Positions 1 through 12,100 of a DNA stretch of 64,000 nucleotides are shown here, in pieces. Under the pieces are notes generated by a model. The model searched no databases. It saw nothing but the letters and a program-made list of their open reading frames with translations, and was not told the DNA's origin. Numbering within the stretch: position 1 is the first letter of the stretch; the number at the start of each line of letters is the position of its first letter. The DNA lies in the IMG/VR virus record IMGVR_UViG_3300032011_003340; one strand, written 5' to 3'. Position numbers and translations under genes: made by a program. Source of the stretch: an uncultured virus (IMG/VR IMGVR_UViG_3300032011_003340) (lineage: Duplodnaviria; Heunggongvirae; Uroviricota; Caudoviricetes).

Positions 1-1293
1 TTTATTTTGGATTTTAATTATTTTTTTAGTTATAATAAAATTATTAGTTTTAATCTTTAAAATATAATTACCGTTTGGAATATTAATATCAATACTTCTT
101 TTTAATTTAGATTTAAATACTAAATTACCAATAATATCATATATGTATACAGTACCATTATAATTGTTTGTAATTATATTTAATTTATTATAAACAGGGT
201 TAGGATAAATTTTAATATTATGTTTATTTCCTTCTTGATAAACTATATTGGTAGTTAATGAATCATTTAAATTATAACCAATAATTTTATAATAATTATT
301 TTCACTAGGTAAACTATCAATATAATTAAGCTTATTAGTTACTTTTAATAAATTAAATAAATATCCATTATTACTTTTATATAATTCATATTTATAATAT
401 TCTGTATTACTATTCCATTTAATTAATATATTATCATTAATATACTCTGTTGTTATATTAATTGATGATTCATTTAATATTAAAGGGTCACAATTATTTA
501 TATTAGAAAAATCAGTATAATCAAATGTACCATATTTAATGTTATTTATTAGTATTTGATTATTTATTGTATTTGCTACCCCTGGTGTATCATCTATCGC
601 AAGACCTTTTATATAATTGATTTTTTCTGTCCAATCTCCACAATCTAAATAATAGTTTCTTCCAGTTCCACTACCAGTTATAACATTAAATGATAGTTTG
701 GATCCAAATTCAACAGGAAATATTGGGTATAAATTTAAAATATCACCATAAGAAAATCCATGATAAAAAGAATAATCTGGCTTTCTTACTTGTATAGCAT
801 CTCCTCCATTACGTAAACCAATAACATTCCATGTTTGTGTTATACTAGAAGTATATATACAAGGTGTATAAGATGTTCCTAATGTTGATGATGGTAAACT
901 TGTACATCTTTCTAAATAAATTGAATTGATAGGTATAATATAAACACTATCATTATTACTATCAATAGGATCATCGGGCAACATATTTAAATTAACATCG
1001 GAAGCATTGTATATAACAATAAGGGAACCTGTAGGTACAAGTGGAAATAAAGAAGTAAATCTATAATGTCCTGCGGCAACACCTGTTCCTATTGAAGCTT
1101 CAAAATCTCCATTATTATCATCTATAACCCAATGTGTTAAATCAATTAATCCTGTTGGAGATGAATTAGAACCAACAACTAATAATTCAATAAATTCTTT
1201 TGTGCCACTTGTTCCATTTGAAATTTCGTTAACAATAATTCCTTGTGAGAAACAAGAGTAAGAAAGAAAAATAAAAAAAATAAAAACTTTCAT
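1..1293 (-). CDS. Secreted protein: Sec signal peptide, lamin-tail-like domain, Ig/FN3-like domain and T9SS (Por) type-A C-terminal sorting domain; stop lies beyond the window edge
   Basis: Not in the ORF track. Translated by hand: ATG at 1293 and no stop through position 1 (>=431 aa). N-terminus MKVFIFFIFLSYSCFSQ-GIIVNEISNG..KEFIELLV and later DTPGVAN (lamin-tail-like). Middle W.S..E..YELYKSNNG...Y.D..P...YYKI (Ig-like). C-terminus IKIYPNPVYNKLNI..VYIYDIIGNLV..IDINIPNGNYILKI...TKKIIK, the classic T9SS CTD pattern. Confidence 0.85.
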   Translation of the reverse strand, partial: MKVFIFFIFLSYSCFSQGIIVNEISNGTSGTKEFIELLVVGSNSSPTGLIDLTHWVIDDNNGDFEASIGTGVAAGHYRFTSLFPLVPTGSLIVIYNASDVNLNMLPDDPIDSNNDSVYIIPINSIYLERCTSLPSSTLGTSYTPCIYTSSITQTWNVIGLRNGGDAIQVRKPDYSFYHGFSYGDILNLYPIFPVEFGSKLSFNVITGSGTGRNYYLDCGDWTEKINYIKGLAIDDTPGVANTINNQILINNIKYGTFDYTDFSNINNCDPLILNESSINITTEYINDNILIKWNSNTEYYKYELYKSNNGYLFNLLKVTNKLNYIDSLPSENNYYKIIGYNLNDSLTTNIVYQEGNKHNIKIYPNPVYNKLNIITNNYNGTVYIYDIIGNLVFKSKLKRSIDINIPNGNYILKIKTNNFIITKKIIKIQNK

Positions 1294-1305
1294 TTTAAAT
1301 TACAA

Positions 1306-1776
1306 TTAAATATTATCTATTAAATCCTTGTCATTTTCTTCTAGTTTATTAAACAACTCTTTAAGTAAATTATTAATCTCTTTATCATTAATTATAATCT
1401 GTGGAGTATCAAAAGGATAAAAATCATTTATACCAAAATCGTCTTCAAAAGTATTTATCATTTCTTCATCTATATCATTGAAATCATCAAAAAAATACTT
1501 TTTATTATTATATTCATATCCTTTACTAGATCTACTCTCACCAATATTATTTTCAATAGTTTCCATAGGAGCCGGACCACCTTTTTCAAGTTTAATTAAT
1601 TTTTTATACTGATTATTACTTATTGTTATATAAGAATTATATTCTAACCCTTTAACTTTTTTTCTTAAAAAAGGAAATAATTTAAAATAAGCACGATGTA
1701 TTTTCTTTTTATTATTCAAAAAACTAATAGATACAAAACTTTTACAGTAGGTTTTTACTTTTATTTTCTTACTCAT
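1306..1776 (-). CDS. Hypothetical protein (basic N-terminus, acidic C-terminus)
   Basis: 156-aa ORF that sits downstream of a TAnnTTTG promoter and abuts the next gene. Confidence 0.7.
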   Translation of the reverse strand: MSKKIKVKTYCKSFVSISFLNNKKKIHRAYFKLFPFLRKKVKGLEYNSYITISNNQYKKLIKLEKGGPAPMETIENNIGESRSSKGYEYNNKKYFFDDFNDIDEEMINTFEDDFGINDFYPFDTPQIIINDKEINNLLKELFNKLEENDKDLIDNI

Positions 1777-1821
1777 ATTTGTTATTTTTAGAGTTATTTA
1801 AAATTTAATGTCGTTTATCTA

Positions 1822-1829
1822 CAAAAGTA
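1822..1829 (-). promoter_or_regulatory. Bacteroidota primary-sigma -7 promoter element
   Basis: TACTTTTG on the minus strand matches TAnnTTTG; it lies in an intergenic gap about 45 nt upstream of the ATG at 1776. Confidence 0.6.
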
Positions 1830-1870
1830 ATAGAGTGTCTAAAAACACTAAAATATTAAGAATTAAGGCT

Positions 1871-1903
1871 ATAAAAAAGCAGTACTTTAAATAGTACTGC
1901 TTT
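1871..1903 (-). terminator. Intrinsic terminator
   Basis: Perfect inverted repeat AAAGCAGTACT-ttaaat-AGTACTGCTTT running into a T-tract on the minus strand, downstream of the asnA and small-ORF genes. Confidence 0.8.
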
Positions 1904-1942
1904 AATTTAATAAAAATATGTCAATTAATAGTTATAATAAAT

Positions 1943-2128
1943 TTATTCCTTATTCTTTATTTTTGTTAAAATAGTATCAGCATTTGTTATTGAAGTATCA
2001 ATTCCAGATCTAGATATATGTTCAACTTCTAACTGTATTAAATTAACTTGAGGTTCAATATCAGTACATGATTGACTCATAATAAATCCTAATGTAGCAA
2101 TGGTAAATATAATAAATAATCTTTTCAT
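1943..2128 (-). CDS. Small exported protein, possible lipoprotein
   Basis: MKR, hydrophobic stretch, then SQSC (lipobox-like Cys); 61 aa; tightly packed after asnA. Confidence 0.55.
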   Translation of the reverse strand: MKRLFIIFTIATLGFIMSQSCTDIEPQVNLIQLEVEHISRSGIDTSITNADTILTKIKNKE

Positions 2129-2139
2129 TTTAATAATTA

Positions 2140-3141
2140 TTATAATAATTTAATATTCATTTGATCTGTATATTCTTTTACTTTATCGGACCAAATACTT
2201 ACTTGTACTTCTCCAATATGTTTTTTTTGTAATAACAACATTGCCAATCTTGACTGACCGATACCACCGCCAATACTTTGTGGTAATTCTCCCTGTAGTA
2301 ATTGCTGATGAAAGTACAAATCCTTTCTTTCTGGGCAACCTTCAATTTCCAACTGTCTTTGTAAAGATGTTTCATCAACTCTTATACCCATTGAAGATAT
2401 TTCAAAAGCACTATTTAAAATAGGATTCCAAACTACAATATCACCATTTAATCCTTTTAATCCATCTTCTGTTGGTGTAGACCAATCATCATAATCAGGA
2501 GCTCTGCCATCGTGTTTTTTGCCATTTGCCAAAGCACCTCCTATACCTATAATAAATACAGCACCAAATTCTTTAGCTACTATATTCTCTCTTTCTTTAG
2601 GTGTTAGGTTAGGATACTTTTCAAGTAATTCTTCTGTATGAATAAATTTAATACGTTCAGGTAAAAATTGTTTAAATTCATTAGATTCATTATATAATCT
2701 TTTAGCAGTTCTCTTTAATACATTATATATTTTATTTACTACCTCTCTTAATTTATCTAAAGATCGCTCATCTTTACTTATATGTTTTTCCCAATCAAAT
2801 TGGTCAACATAAATAGAATGAATAGCAGACATTTCTTCATCCGGGCGAAGTGCACGCATATCTGTTACAATACCTTCACCTTCAGGAATATCATACTCTT
2901 TTAACCTTAAACGTTTCCATTTAGCCAATGAATGAACAACTTCAGCCTGTTGCTCATTCATATCTTTTATCGGAAAACCCACTGGACGTTCAACTCCATT
3001 TAAATTATCATTAATACCTGTTCCTTTTAATACTACTACAGGAGAGGATACTTTTGTTAAATTTAAATCATAACATAATTCTTTAATAAAAGTACTTTTT
3101 ATTAATTCAATTAATTTTTCGTCATTTAGTTTAGTTGTCAA
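2140..3141 (-). CDS. asnA: Aspartate--ammonia ligase (asparagine synthetase A)
   Basis: GINDNLNGVERPV, EVVHSLAKWKR, HSIYVDQFDWEK, HDGRAPDYDDW, EISSMGIRV, SIGGGIGQSRL, HIGEVQ: the full AsnA signature set; TTG start. Confidence 0.95.
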   Translation of the reverse strand: MTTKLNDEKLIELIKSTFIKELCYDLNLTKVSSPVVVLKGTGINDNLNGVERPVGFPIKDMNEQQAEVVHSLAKWKRLRLKEYDIPEGEGIVTDMRALRPDEEMSAIHSIYVDQFDWEKHISKDERSLDKLREVVNKIYNVLKRTAKRLYNESNEFKQFLPERIKFIHTEELLEKYPNLTPKERENIVAKEFGAVFIIGIGGALANGKKHDGRAPDYDDWSTPTEDGLKGLNGDIVVWNPILNSAFEISSMGIRVDETSLQRQLEIEGCPERKDLYFHQQLLQGELPQSIGGGIGQSRLAMLLLQKKHIGEVQVSIWSDKVKEYTDQMNIKLL

Positions 3142-3173
3142 TTATTTATTTTTTAATTGTTATTTATACTTTA

Positions 3174-6100
3174 TTATTTTTTATTACAAGGATCATTTTT
3201 AGCATCTTCTTTATCTTTTTTAGCAATAGCTTCTATTGCTTTATCTTTGCTGCTAACTATCATTTCAAATCCATCTTTTCTTGTAATTACAAAAAGATTT
3301 CCTTGTTGAGTAATTGTATAGTCACCTATTTTATCAGGTTTTTTAACAGTCTCTTTAATAGTTTCTTTAGTAGTCTTCTTAGCAGTTGCTTTTTTACCTT
3401 TGGTGGTTGTAGTTGTTTTAACACCACCTCTTCTTTTTTTAATAAACGCAGCTAATGCATCTGCATGTGAATAATATCCTTTTTTTGCAGTAGTTCCATC
3501 AAGTTGTTTAACAGATTTAGGTTCATAATAAAGTAATGTTTTTCCATCTAATTTACCAGAATCTATTTGTTTTAATATCCAATTTCTTTGATCCTGTTCA
3601 AAGTTTTTATACTTAGAATTTCCATTTAACCACATTGTATAAGCTGCTACTGCTTCTTTAATAGTACCAAATCTAATATAGTTATCTATATTTGTTTTTC
3701 CTTTTCCTTTTCTAAAAGTTCCTAGAAATGGATTACCAAAATGACCATATAATTTTGTACCTTCTTTCCATTTTCTTAAAGTATTTACACCATATTTAGT
3801 AAAGACATTTAAATTTTGCATTCCTATTTTACCTTTATAATCTTTCCAATCTTTTCTAACTACTACTTTATTTGGTTTAAATTCTTTAGTAGTAGTTGTA
3901 GTAGTTGTAGTTGTTACAGTAGAAGGTGTAAAAGTTTTTCCAGATAAATTTGCTTTAGTTTTTTCATATACATCTCTAACTGCTTGTTTACCTGCTTCAG
4001 TTATATTTGATGAAGTACCTACACCGGCAAAATTCTTTGTAAGTATTGGTGTATCTATTTTTATAAAATCGTTTTTATTAGAATCCCATGTATACCAACC
4101 TACAGGATAACTAGAATTTTTAACTTGATTAAAGACATAAACTTCTTTATCTAAATTTATACCAAGTTGTACTGCTACACTTGTTCCCCCATTAACTTGC
4201 GGAACTAAAGCTTTTTTCTTAACTGTACCTCTACTTAAAGTTATATTGGCCCCTTTTGGTATAAGTGAACCTACAGCAAATATACCATCTGCATTAACTA
4301 CTTGTGCATAATTTCTTATTTTCTTTTTATTTCTTGTAGTATGATTGCTTTCTATACGACCCATTTGTCTTTCAGCTTTTGTTACTTCTTTTTGACCTAT
4401 ACCTTTAGCAGGACCTTTTGCAACAACTTCTCCTACAAAATCATCAGCATCTATTTTTTTTCTACCTTTATCTTTAAGTTCTTTAGACTGTAATTCTTTG
4501 TCGGAAGATAATAGATAATGTCTACTATCTGACATTTCGTATTCTTCCCCTGTAATATCCCAAATTGTATCAAAACCTTTAGCACCACCGGAATGATTAG
4601 TTATTTCAGACATATTTGTATAATCAACCTCAATAGGTTCTACAGTAGGAGCTAATAATTCATCAGCTATAGTTATTGTATTACTAGTTCCTTCTTCTGT
4701 GCTTTCAGCAGTATCACCAAATAGTTCTAATTGCATATCACCTCTATTAATTCTTAATTTTCTAGATGCTCTAGACATACCAACGTAATTAATAGCATTC
4801 ATTTCAGTATTGAATACTTTTCCATCTTTTTTCAAAAATGTATAATCTAAAGATGTATTTTTAGCAACATTAGCTAAATCATAATAAACATTTGGTATTG
4901 TTAAACCTTGTGATTTATGTACAGTAATAGCATATCCATAATCTATTCCTTTTTTAATTGATAATCCATTTATCTGTAATTTATAAAAATAATTTTTTAA
5001 TTTTGTATTTTCGTTTTTATTCCTTGAAGAAAAATCACTTTCTTTAACCATTTTGTCTTGTTTAGGATCAAATACATAATTATCACCTAATTCAATTTTT
5101 TTAAACTGAGATGTTAAGTCATCTTTGTCAGCATAATATTCTCTCCAAAATTTCGAGTTTCTGTCTTTTATTGGCGTTGCTTTTAATTTTTTATTAAGGT
5201 TGTGTATTTGTCTAAATATATTAGAAACTATATTATTATTTTTATCAAAATCTTCGTTTGTTAAATCAAAGTTTAATGAATCAGTATCTGATAATTGATA
5301 ATATTTTGCTGTTGTAATTTCATTAACACCTTCAACTTCTAAATCTTTTAATTTTTTTAATAACTGACTTTTAACAGTAAGTACTCTTACAGAATCCTCT
5401 TCTTTAATATTAGTAATTGTATATTTAACAGCATTCGTTAAATCATTTTGACTTAATTGTTTATTTTGATATCCAACATATCCAATAACTGAATCTCCAA
5501 CACGTGTATATTTACCTTTACCTAAACTTGCCCTAACTTGTGCATTTAAAGATTTTACCCTTTCATTTGAATATGAAATAATAGTTGTATCTTGTTTACC
5601 ATTAGTTTCATCATTTTTAAAATCTTTTAGATATTCTTTCTCCCAGTCTTCTGTTTTTTGAAATTTAATAGAATCATGATCTTTAACATAACGAGGAACA
5701 TATTCTGTATCCTCATGCATTTGACCTAACAAATCTAACATAGGACCATCTTTTTGTCTATAAACTGTTGTTAATATTGATTTGTCTTTACTACCTTCAT
5801 TAAAAATAGAGGGTATGTTTTTATAAACAGGTTTTGTTTTTGTTGCTTTATTATCATCTTTATTTTTATCTTTAGTTCCAACTGCTGGTATTTGACCGGA
5901 ATCACCCATAAAAATAATTTTAGTGGAAGATTTTTTAGCTGCTGCTTTTAAATTTTTAATATCATTATTTGTAAATCCTTCTTCAAGCATGGAAGATTCA
6001 TCAATTATAAATAATCGACTTTTTGGATCATCATAAAGTAAATTATAAATTTTATATCTAAATTCCCATTGTTTAGTATTTTTATTTTTATTAATTGAAC

Positions 6101-9100
6101 CACGAATTGTTGAAGGTAAATTTTTATTACCTAATTTAGCAGTTGTTAAAGCTAAATATGCACTAGCGGCATTTGTTGGAGCAGCATAAGCAATTGTATA
6201 AAGAGGATCACCTAATTTCTTTTTCATATATTGTTCCAATAATCCTATTATTGTTGTTTTACCTGTTCCAGCTCTACCTTCTAAAGTCCAATCTCTTTTA
6301 CTTGGATCTTTCATGAAATCAATCATGTCTTCTAATGCCTGCCTTTGCTCATCACCTAATTTAAAATCTGTTTCAATTTCAACACCATCGTATGCAAAAA
6401 TACGATCTTTTTGATCTTTTGTTTTAAACTCTGTATCAACATAATATTTTTCAACTAATTGTTTTTGAGAAATTCCTTCTTCAGCAAAACTACCAAGTAA
6501 GATTGCAGCTAATGCATTATTTTTAACTTCTTCAGAAGTAGCATAACCTTTATTAATAACATATTCAGCACCTTGTTTTGCTTTTATCATGTCATCTAAA
6601 GTTTTATAATCAGAAGGATCTATTAAATCTTTCATTAATTTTTGTATTTCTATAGCTTGAGTTCTTTGACTTTCTTTTGAACCTGTTACCCAACCTTTTC
6701 TTTCAAAATCTCTAAATACATCTTTTTTTACTTCTCCTATTTCATCACTAGTTTTATCAATTTCTTCAGTAACTTCAGTAGTTGTTTCTTGAGATACATT
6801 TTCATTAAGTTCCGCTCTAACTTCCATTAATATTTTAGGAAATAATTTACCCCATTTTTTCTTATCTTGAGTATGAGATAGTTCAATATCATTTGTAGCT
6901 AGTAATGAAGCTAGTGCATTAGGATTTTGACTAAATGATTCCAGTAATGCTGATTTCATAATCTCTTCAGAATCTCTATTCCAATTCTCAATTCCTTCTT
7001 TACTCAATGGAATATTTCCACCCATTTTTTTAGCCTCTTTACCGGTTGCGTTAGCAAATTTCTCAACCATATTAAGTCCTTTTTCAGTAAGACTCCAACT
7101 TGACATTATGTTACCAGGGTCATCCTGTTTCCAGTAATCACCTGGAGACTTTCCTGTTTTATCATCAAGATCAATATTCCAAATTTTAGCCATTTGGAAT
7201 AATCCTTCAACATTTTTAAATGTTATTGAATCTTTTTTAGTACCCTCTAAATACCAACCAATCATTTCTGTTATGTTCTCAGTATATAATATTTCATCAA
7301 AGTCTTTCTTGAAAGTAATTGGTCTATTAGCAAAATTACTTAAATGAGAGTTTTCATTATCGCCACTATAGATATTAATTTTACCTTCTTTATTTATTAT
7401 AGGTTGTATAACTGTAGACGAAGGATCAACCCCTTCATCTACAATTGTTTCAGATCTATTTAACAAACCTGTATCAAACCAGGTTTTACTAAAGATAGCA
7501 TTAGGAGGAATAGGTCCTGCTAAATTAAATAATTTTATCATTTCTTCTCCTGTATAACCATTTAAAGATTTATTATTTAATTCATTACTATAGGCTACAT
7601 AACCTTTAATATTAGGATTTTCTCTAAGATGTTCATAAACTTCTTTAATACCTTCTATAATTTCATCTTCAGGCATTCTATTAGTTTCATCTTTACCCCC
7701 AAGCTTTCCTTGAACAGTAACTATTCCCCATGATTCACCTTCATTACCTTGCATTAAACCAGTTTCACCTTTAACAGCCCATTTTTCTACAGTTCCATCA
7801 GATATTGCTGAAATTTGCGCTACTGTTCTTTTTTTATCCATAGCAGCTCCAGCACCTCCGGCACCATGTAAACCTCTGTCATTGGCTCCAAAGATGTACA
7901 TTTCATCATCTTTTAATTGAGTTATCTTACCTTCATAAAAGTCTTTCCATTCTTCTTGTTTTTTCCTTACTTTTAAGTTTCTTTCAGAAGGAGCTAAAGA
8001 TAATTCATAACCCATTAAAAATCTACCATGTCCTCTTATTATACCATCTCTATCTTTAAAAACTTTATAATTTGTAGGTGTGTCATCAACTGGATCCCAT
8101 GATGAAGCTTTACTAATAGTAAGTTTTTCAGATTTACCTTTACCTGTAGGTTTTGGCTTAACAGCTTTTCTTTTAAAACTATTTGTTTCAGGGTCATAAA
8201 TAGTATGAATAAATCTACTATATTGATTTGTATTAGAATCTGATTTAATAGTAAGTTGATTATTTTTTTCATTTTTTCTTAATGTTGGAGTAAACTCAAT
8301 TGTTCTTTCTAAAAATTGCTTTTTAAATTCATTTAAAATATTCTTTTGTGTATCAGGAGTTAAACTATCAAATTTATCGAATTTATCTTTTAGTATTCTA
8401 GTTACTTCTTCATTAGGAATTAAGTTACTAAAAGTAATAGATGAATTATGTTGTACACCTGATTGATTAAATGAAAATCTAATTAAATCTTCAAAAAGAT
8501 TAGTTCCATTTTCTTCATCAAATTCTTTTATTTTAATAAATTCATTTCTAAATTCATTTTCTCTACGAACATCTAACTTAATAGCTTTAAATTGAATTGT
8601 TTGAAATGCAGGGGTAGAACCAATTTCTGACTGTTCTTTTAACCCATTTTCCCCATCATAACTTGTATATTCAGTATTAGATTGAAAACCAATTAAAGAT
8701 TTAATTAATTTATTTCTTCTCAATCCCCATAACTTAAGTATACTTGCATTGTCACTTGTAATATCATTTTTATTTTTAATATTGTTTAATTCATATATAA
8801 TTTCAGATAATGGAGCTTTTTCACCCCTTCTATTTACATATATGTTTTTATCATTTTTAATAAATAATTCTTCAAATGCAACACCAAGAGAAAATTTATC
8901 AACAACTTTTTTACCATCTTCTGTTTCATTAAAATTCATTGTTGCAAGTGCAGCAATTAAATCATTATTGACAGTACTTGCTAATTTAGATTTAGCATCT
9001 TTTGTTAATGTCATACTGCCTTCAACAACATCAATTAATTCTCTTTTAGCTTTACTAACAACAGGATTACTTTCAAAATAATATAATGGTTCAAACATTT

Positions 9101-12100
9101 TAACAGATTCAACAACTGCTTTATGAACTTCAGATATAACTGATTCTTCATAAATTTTATTAAGGTTGGTAAATCTATCTTTAAATTTAACTTCTTCAAC
9201 TTCTTTCAACCATGCTTTATTATCATCCATATTCTTTTGAGCACCCTTAGTATCTGCGGCTGTTGCACGAATCATCATTTGAAAATCTTTAGATTGTCTT
9301 TGATATTCTAAATACATATCTAATATATACTGTTGTACTTCGTTATATACATTAGGTGTAATATCACTAATTGATTCAAGACCAGTATCTTCTTTTAATT
9401 CTGTTAAAGTATTACTTAATATATATTGACCTAACTTTTCCTCACTAAATAAACCATTATCTTTTAACTCTTTAATTCTTCTCCATCTTTGTTCATTTGA
9501 GCCTTTAGCTTCATCATATACATTATCTTTTTCAATTATTAACCTTTCTTTTTCTGCTTTATCCTCACTATTATGATAATCTTTAAATAAATCATCTTTT
9601 ATGATTTTATCTGCGTCATCATTTATTTCATAAATAAACTTTTTAGGATCATTATCATCATTCTCAGGTTTACCTAAAACTTTAGCAAAATATACATCAT
9701 CTAAACCATATTTCTTTTCAATCACTTGTTTAACAATAACATTCTTGAATGGAATCCGCATTCCAACTGCTTTATTAAATAAAGATTCATTTACACGTTG
9801 AGCTTGAATATAATCTTTAATGATAGGTTGAGATACAAATTTAGTGATCCACGGCATACTTGCTCCAGAACGAACTAACATTAATATCATATTAGCTGTT
9901 TTATTACCAGCATTCATATCAAATACATATGGATCTGCTGCAATATCAACATAAGCATTTACAAATCCGGATAATGTTTCAGATATCCATTCACCATCTT
10001 GATCTTTCTTACCTGCAAAACTAGCAGTCCCATCAATTTTATTATGATCAAATATCCAATACGATTCCACATCATCATTATATTTTATATTAGCAGCCAT
10101 TGCTAATTGATGGTGTGTAATATGTACTGCAGTTTGACCTACACCTCTTTTACCAGATAAGAACTCAATGAATTTCTCCATGTTAACATTAGGATCAGCA
10201 ACACTAGAAAAAGATTTTGTCTTCATTTCTTTATTTCTTACCGTTTTCCATGCCTTTTTAAGTGCATAATATTTAGGTGCTAAAGCTAATAGATATTCTA
10301 AATTCTTTTCATCTGTAAGTGTTATTTGTTTTAATGATACTTCTTTATTATTATATTTAATAACACCGTCATCTACTGATAAACTATTACCTTTAATAAT
10401 TTTACCTGTATTTGTTATAATACTTTTGATCGCAGCATTACCACTTTTTTTAATAATTTTAATTAATTCAGCTTCTCTTTCTTTTTCAAGTTTAACTTGT
10501 AATCTTTCAATACCTTCTTTGGAATTTAACATTCTCATTTCCCATGCCTGATCCTTAGTGATAGTATCATCAACAGGAGCCATCAATTGTCTATAGTTAT
10601 AAGGTAAAGACATTATTTTACCTTGAAGTTCTAACATTCTATTCTGTAGTGCTTTAATATCATTTTGTTTTGTAATACTCAACTTATTAAATTCTTCCAA
10701 TGTTTTAGCACCATTATCAATTTTATAATCAAGAATAGCATCTTTTACTATTTTAGAATATTTATCAGATGTTTCTTTTGCACTTTTAATAAAATCATCA
10801 TAATTTGATTCTTTACTTTTTTGAATTTTAGGTAAAGCTTCTTTTTTAAAATCAAACTCTTTGTCTATGCTATTATTAATATGGTCTGATAATTTTTCAC
10901 CACCCACATATTCTATGATATCATCATATGTTTGTATTAAATCTTCTAATTTTTCAATAGCTTCAAGAATAGGTAAATTATCCTTTTTATTTTTACTTGG
11001 AATTGTAGATTTTTTAGTTAATTTTTTATCACCATATAAAGATTCTACTGATGCTTCAATAATAGCTATATTTTCTTTAGCAAATGCTCTATATTCAATA
11101 GTCTTTTCTAAAAGACTTGTACCTGAAATTTTAAAATCTTTATTCTTGAATTTTTGTTTAATTGCTTCCGGAAGACTATAAAATATTACTTCAGATGTAT
11201 TTGTAATTTCTTTGAGTCCTGTATTAAATTCTTTTTCTTTAACTTCAAATCTTTTACTTCTATTTTCATTATATTCTTTAACAATTTTTTTATACTCTTC
11301 AGTATTTATAGTATCACGAGATTCTTTAAATAAACCTATAAGACTTTTTTCTTCATCTTTAAATATTTCAATATCTATTTTTATATCTTCATCTAAAGGA
11401 ATATTAAAGCTTTTAATATAATTATCATATCTATCTTCAGCAGTACTATTAGAATCATTTAAGAACTTGATATATTGAGGTCCAACCCATACTCCATCTT
11501 TACCTTTATTTGGTTTTTTATAATTAGCATAATATACTTGTAATTTATCAATATCAAAATCCGATCCTGATTTAGCAACCATTTCTGAAGGAACAACAAG
11601 AGAATCACCAACAGAAGTTGGTAAGAATTGTCTAACTCTCATGTAGTCAGCTGACTGTAAACCTTGATTAGGAATACGGAAACCAACTACAGTAATTATA
11701 TTTTTTAGATTTTCAAATTCTTCTTTTTCTTCTTTAGTGAATTTTATATCTTCTCCATTTATTTCTATTCTATCAAGTTTATCATGTAATTCATCTATTT
11801 TTTTATTGAATTCATCTAATCCACCATATTCAGAATTAACCCATTCTAATAAATCTTTAGGTAATCCAACCATACAATGTGCAGGAAGGGTGTCACCATT
11901 TTTACCTTTAATATAGTGACGTAACTCAGGATTACTAAATATTCTATCTGAAATACCTTCCCTTTTGATCTTTTTACCTTCTTTATTATTTATTTTTTCA
12001 AAGAATGTTACAGCAACTTGAGGAGAACCTTCACCTTTACGTTTTTCTCTAACTACACGAGAATTAACAATAGCAAATAGTATACTTTCTAATTTATTTT

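Noticed and set aside
1..3141. Prophage/host junction to explain asnA and the T9SS gene
   Set aside because: Strand, composition and tight packing match the phage genes, and I saw no att-like repeat or integrase. It cannot be fully excluded without flanking sequence.
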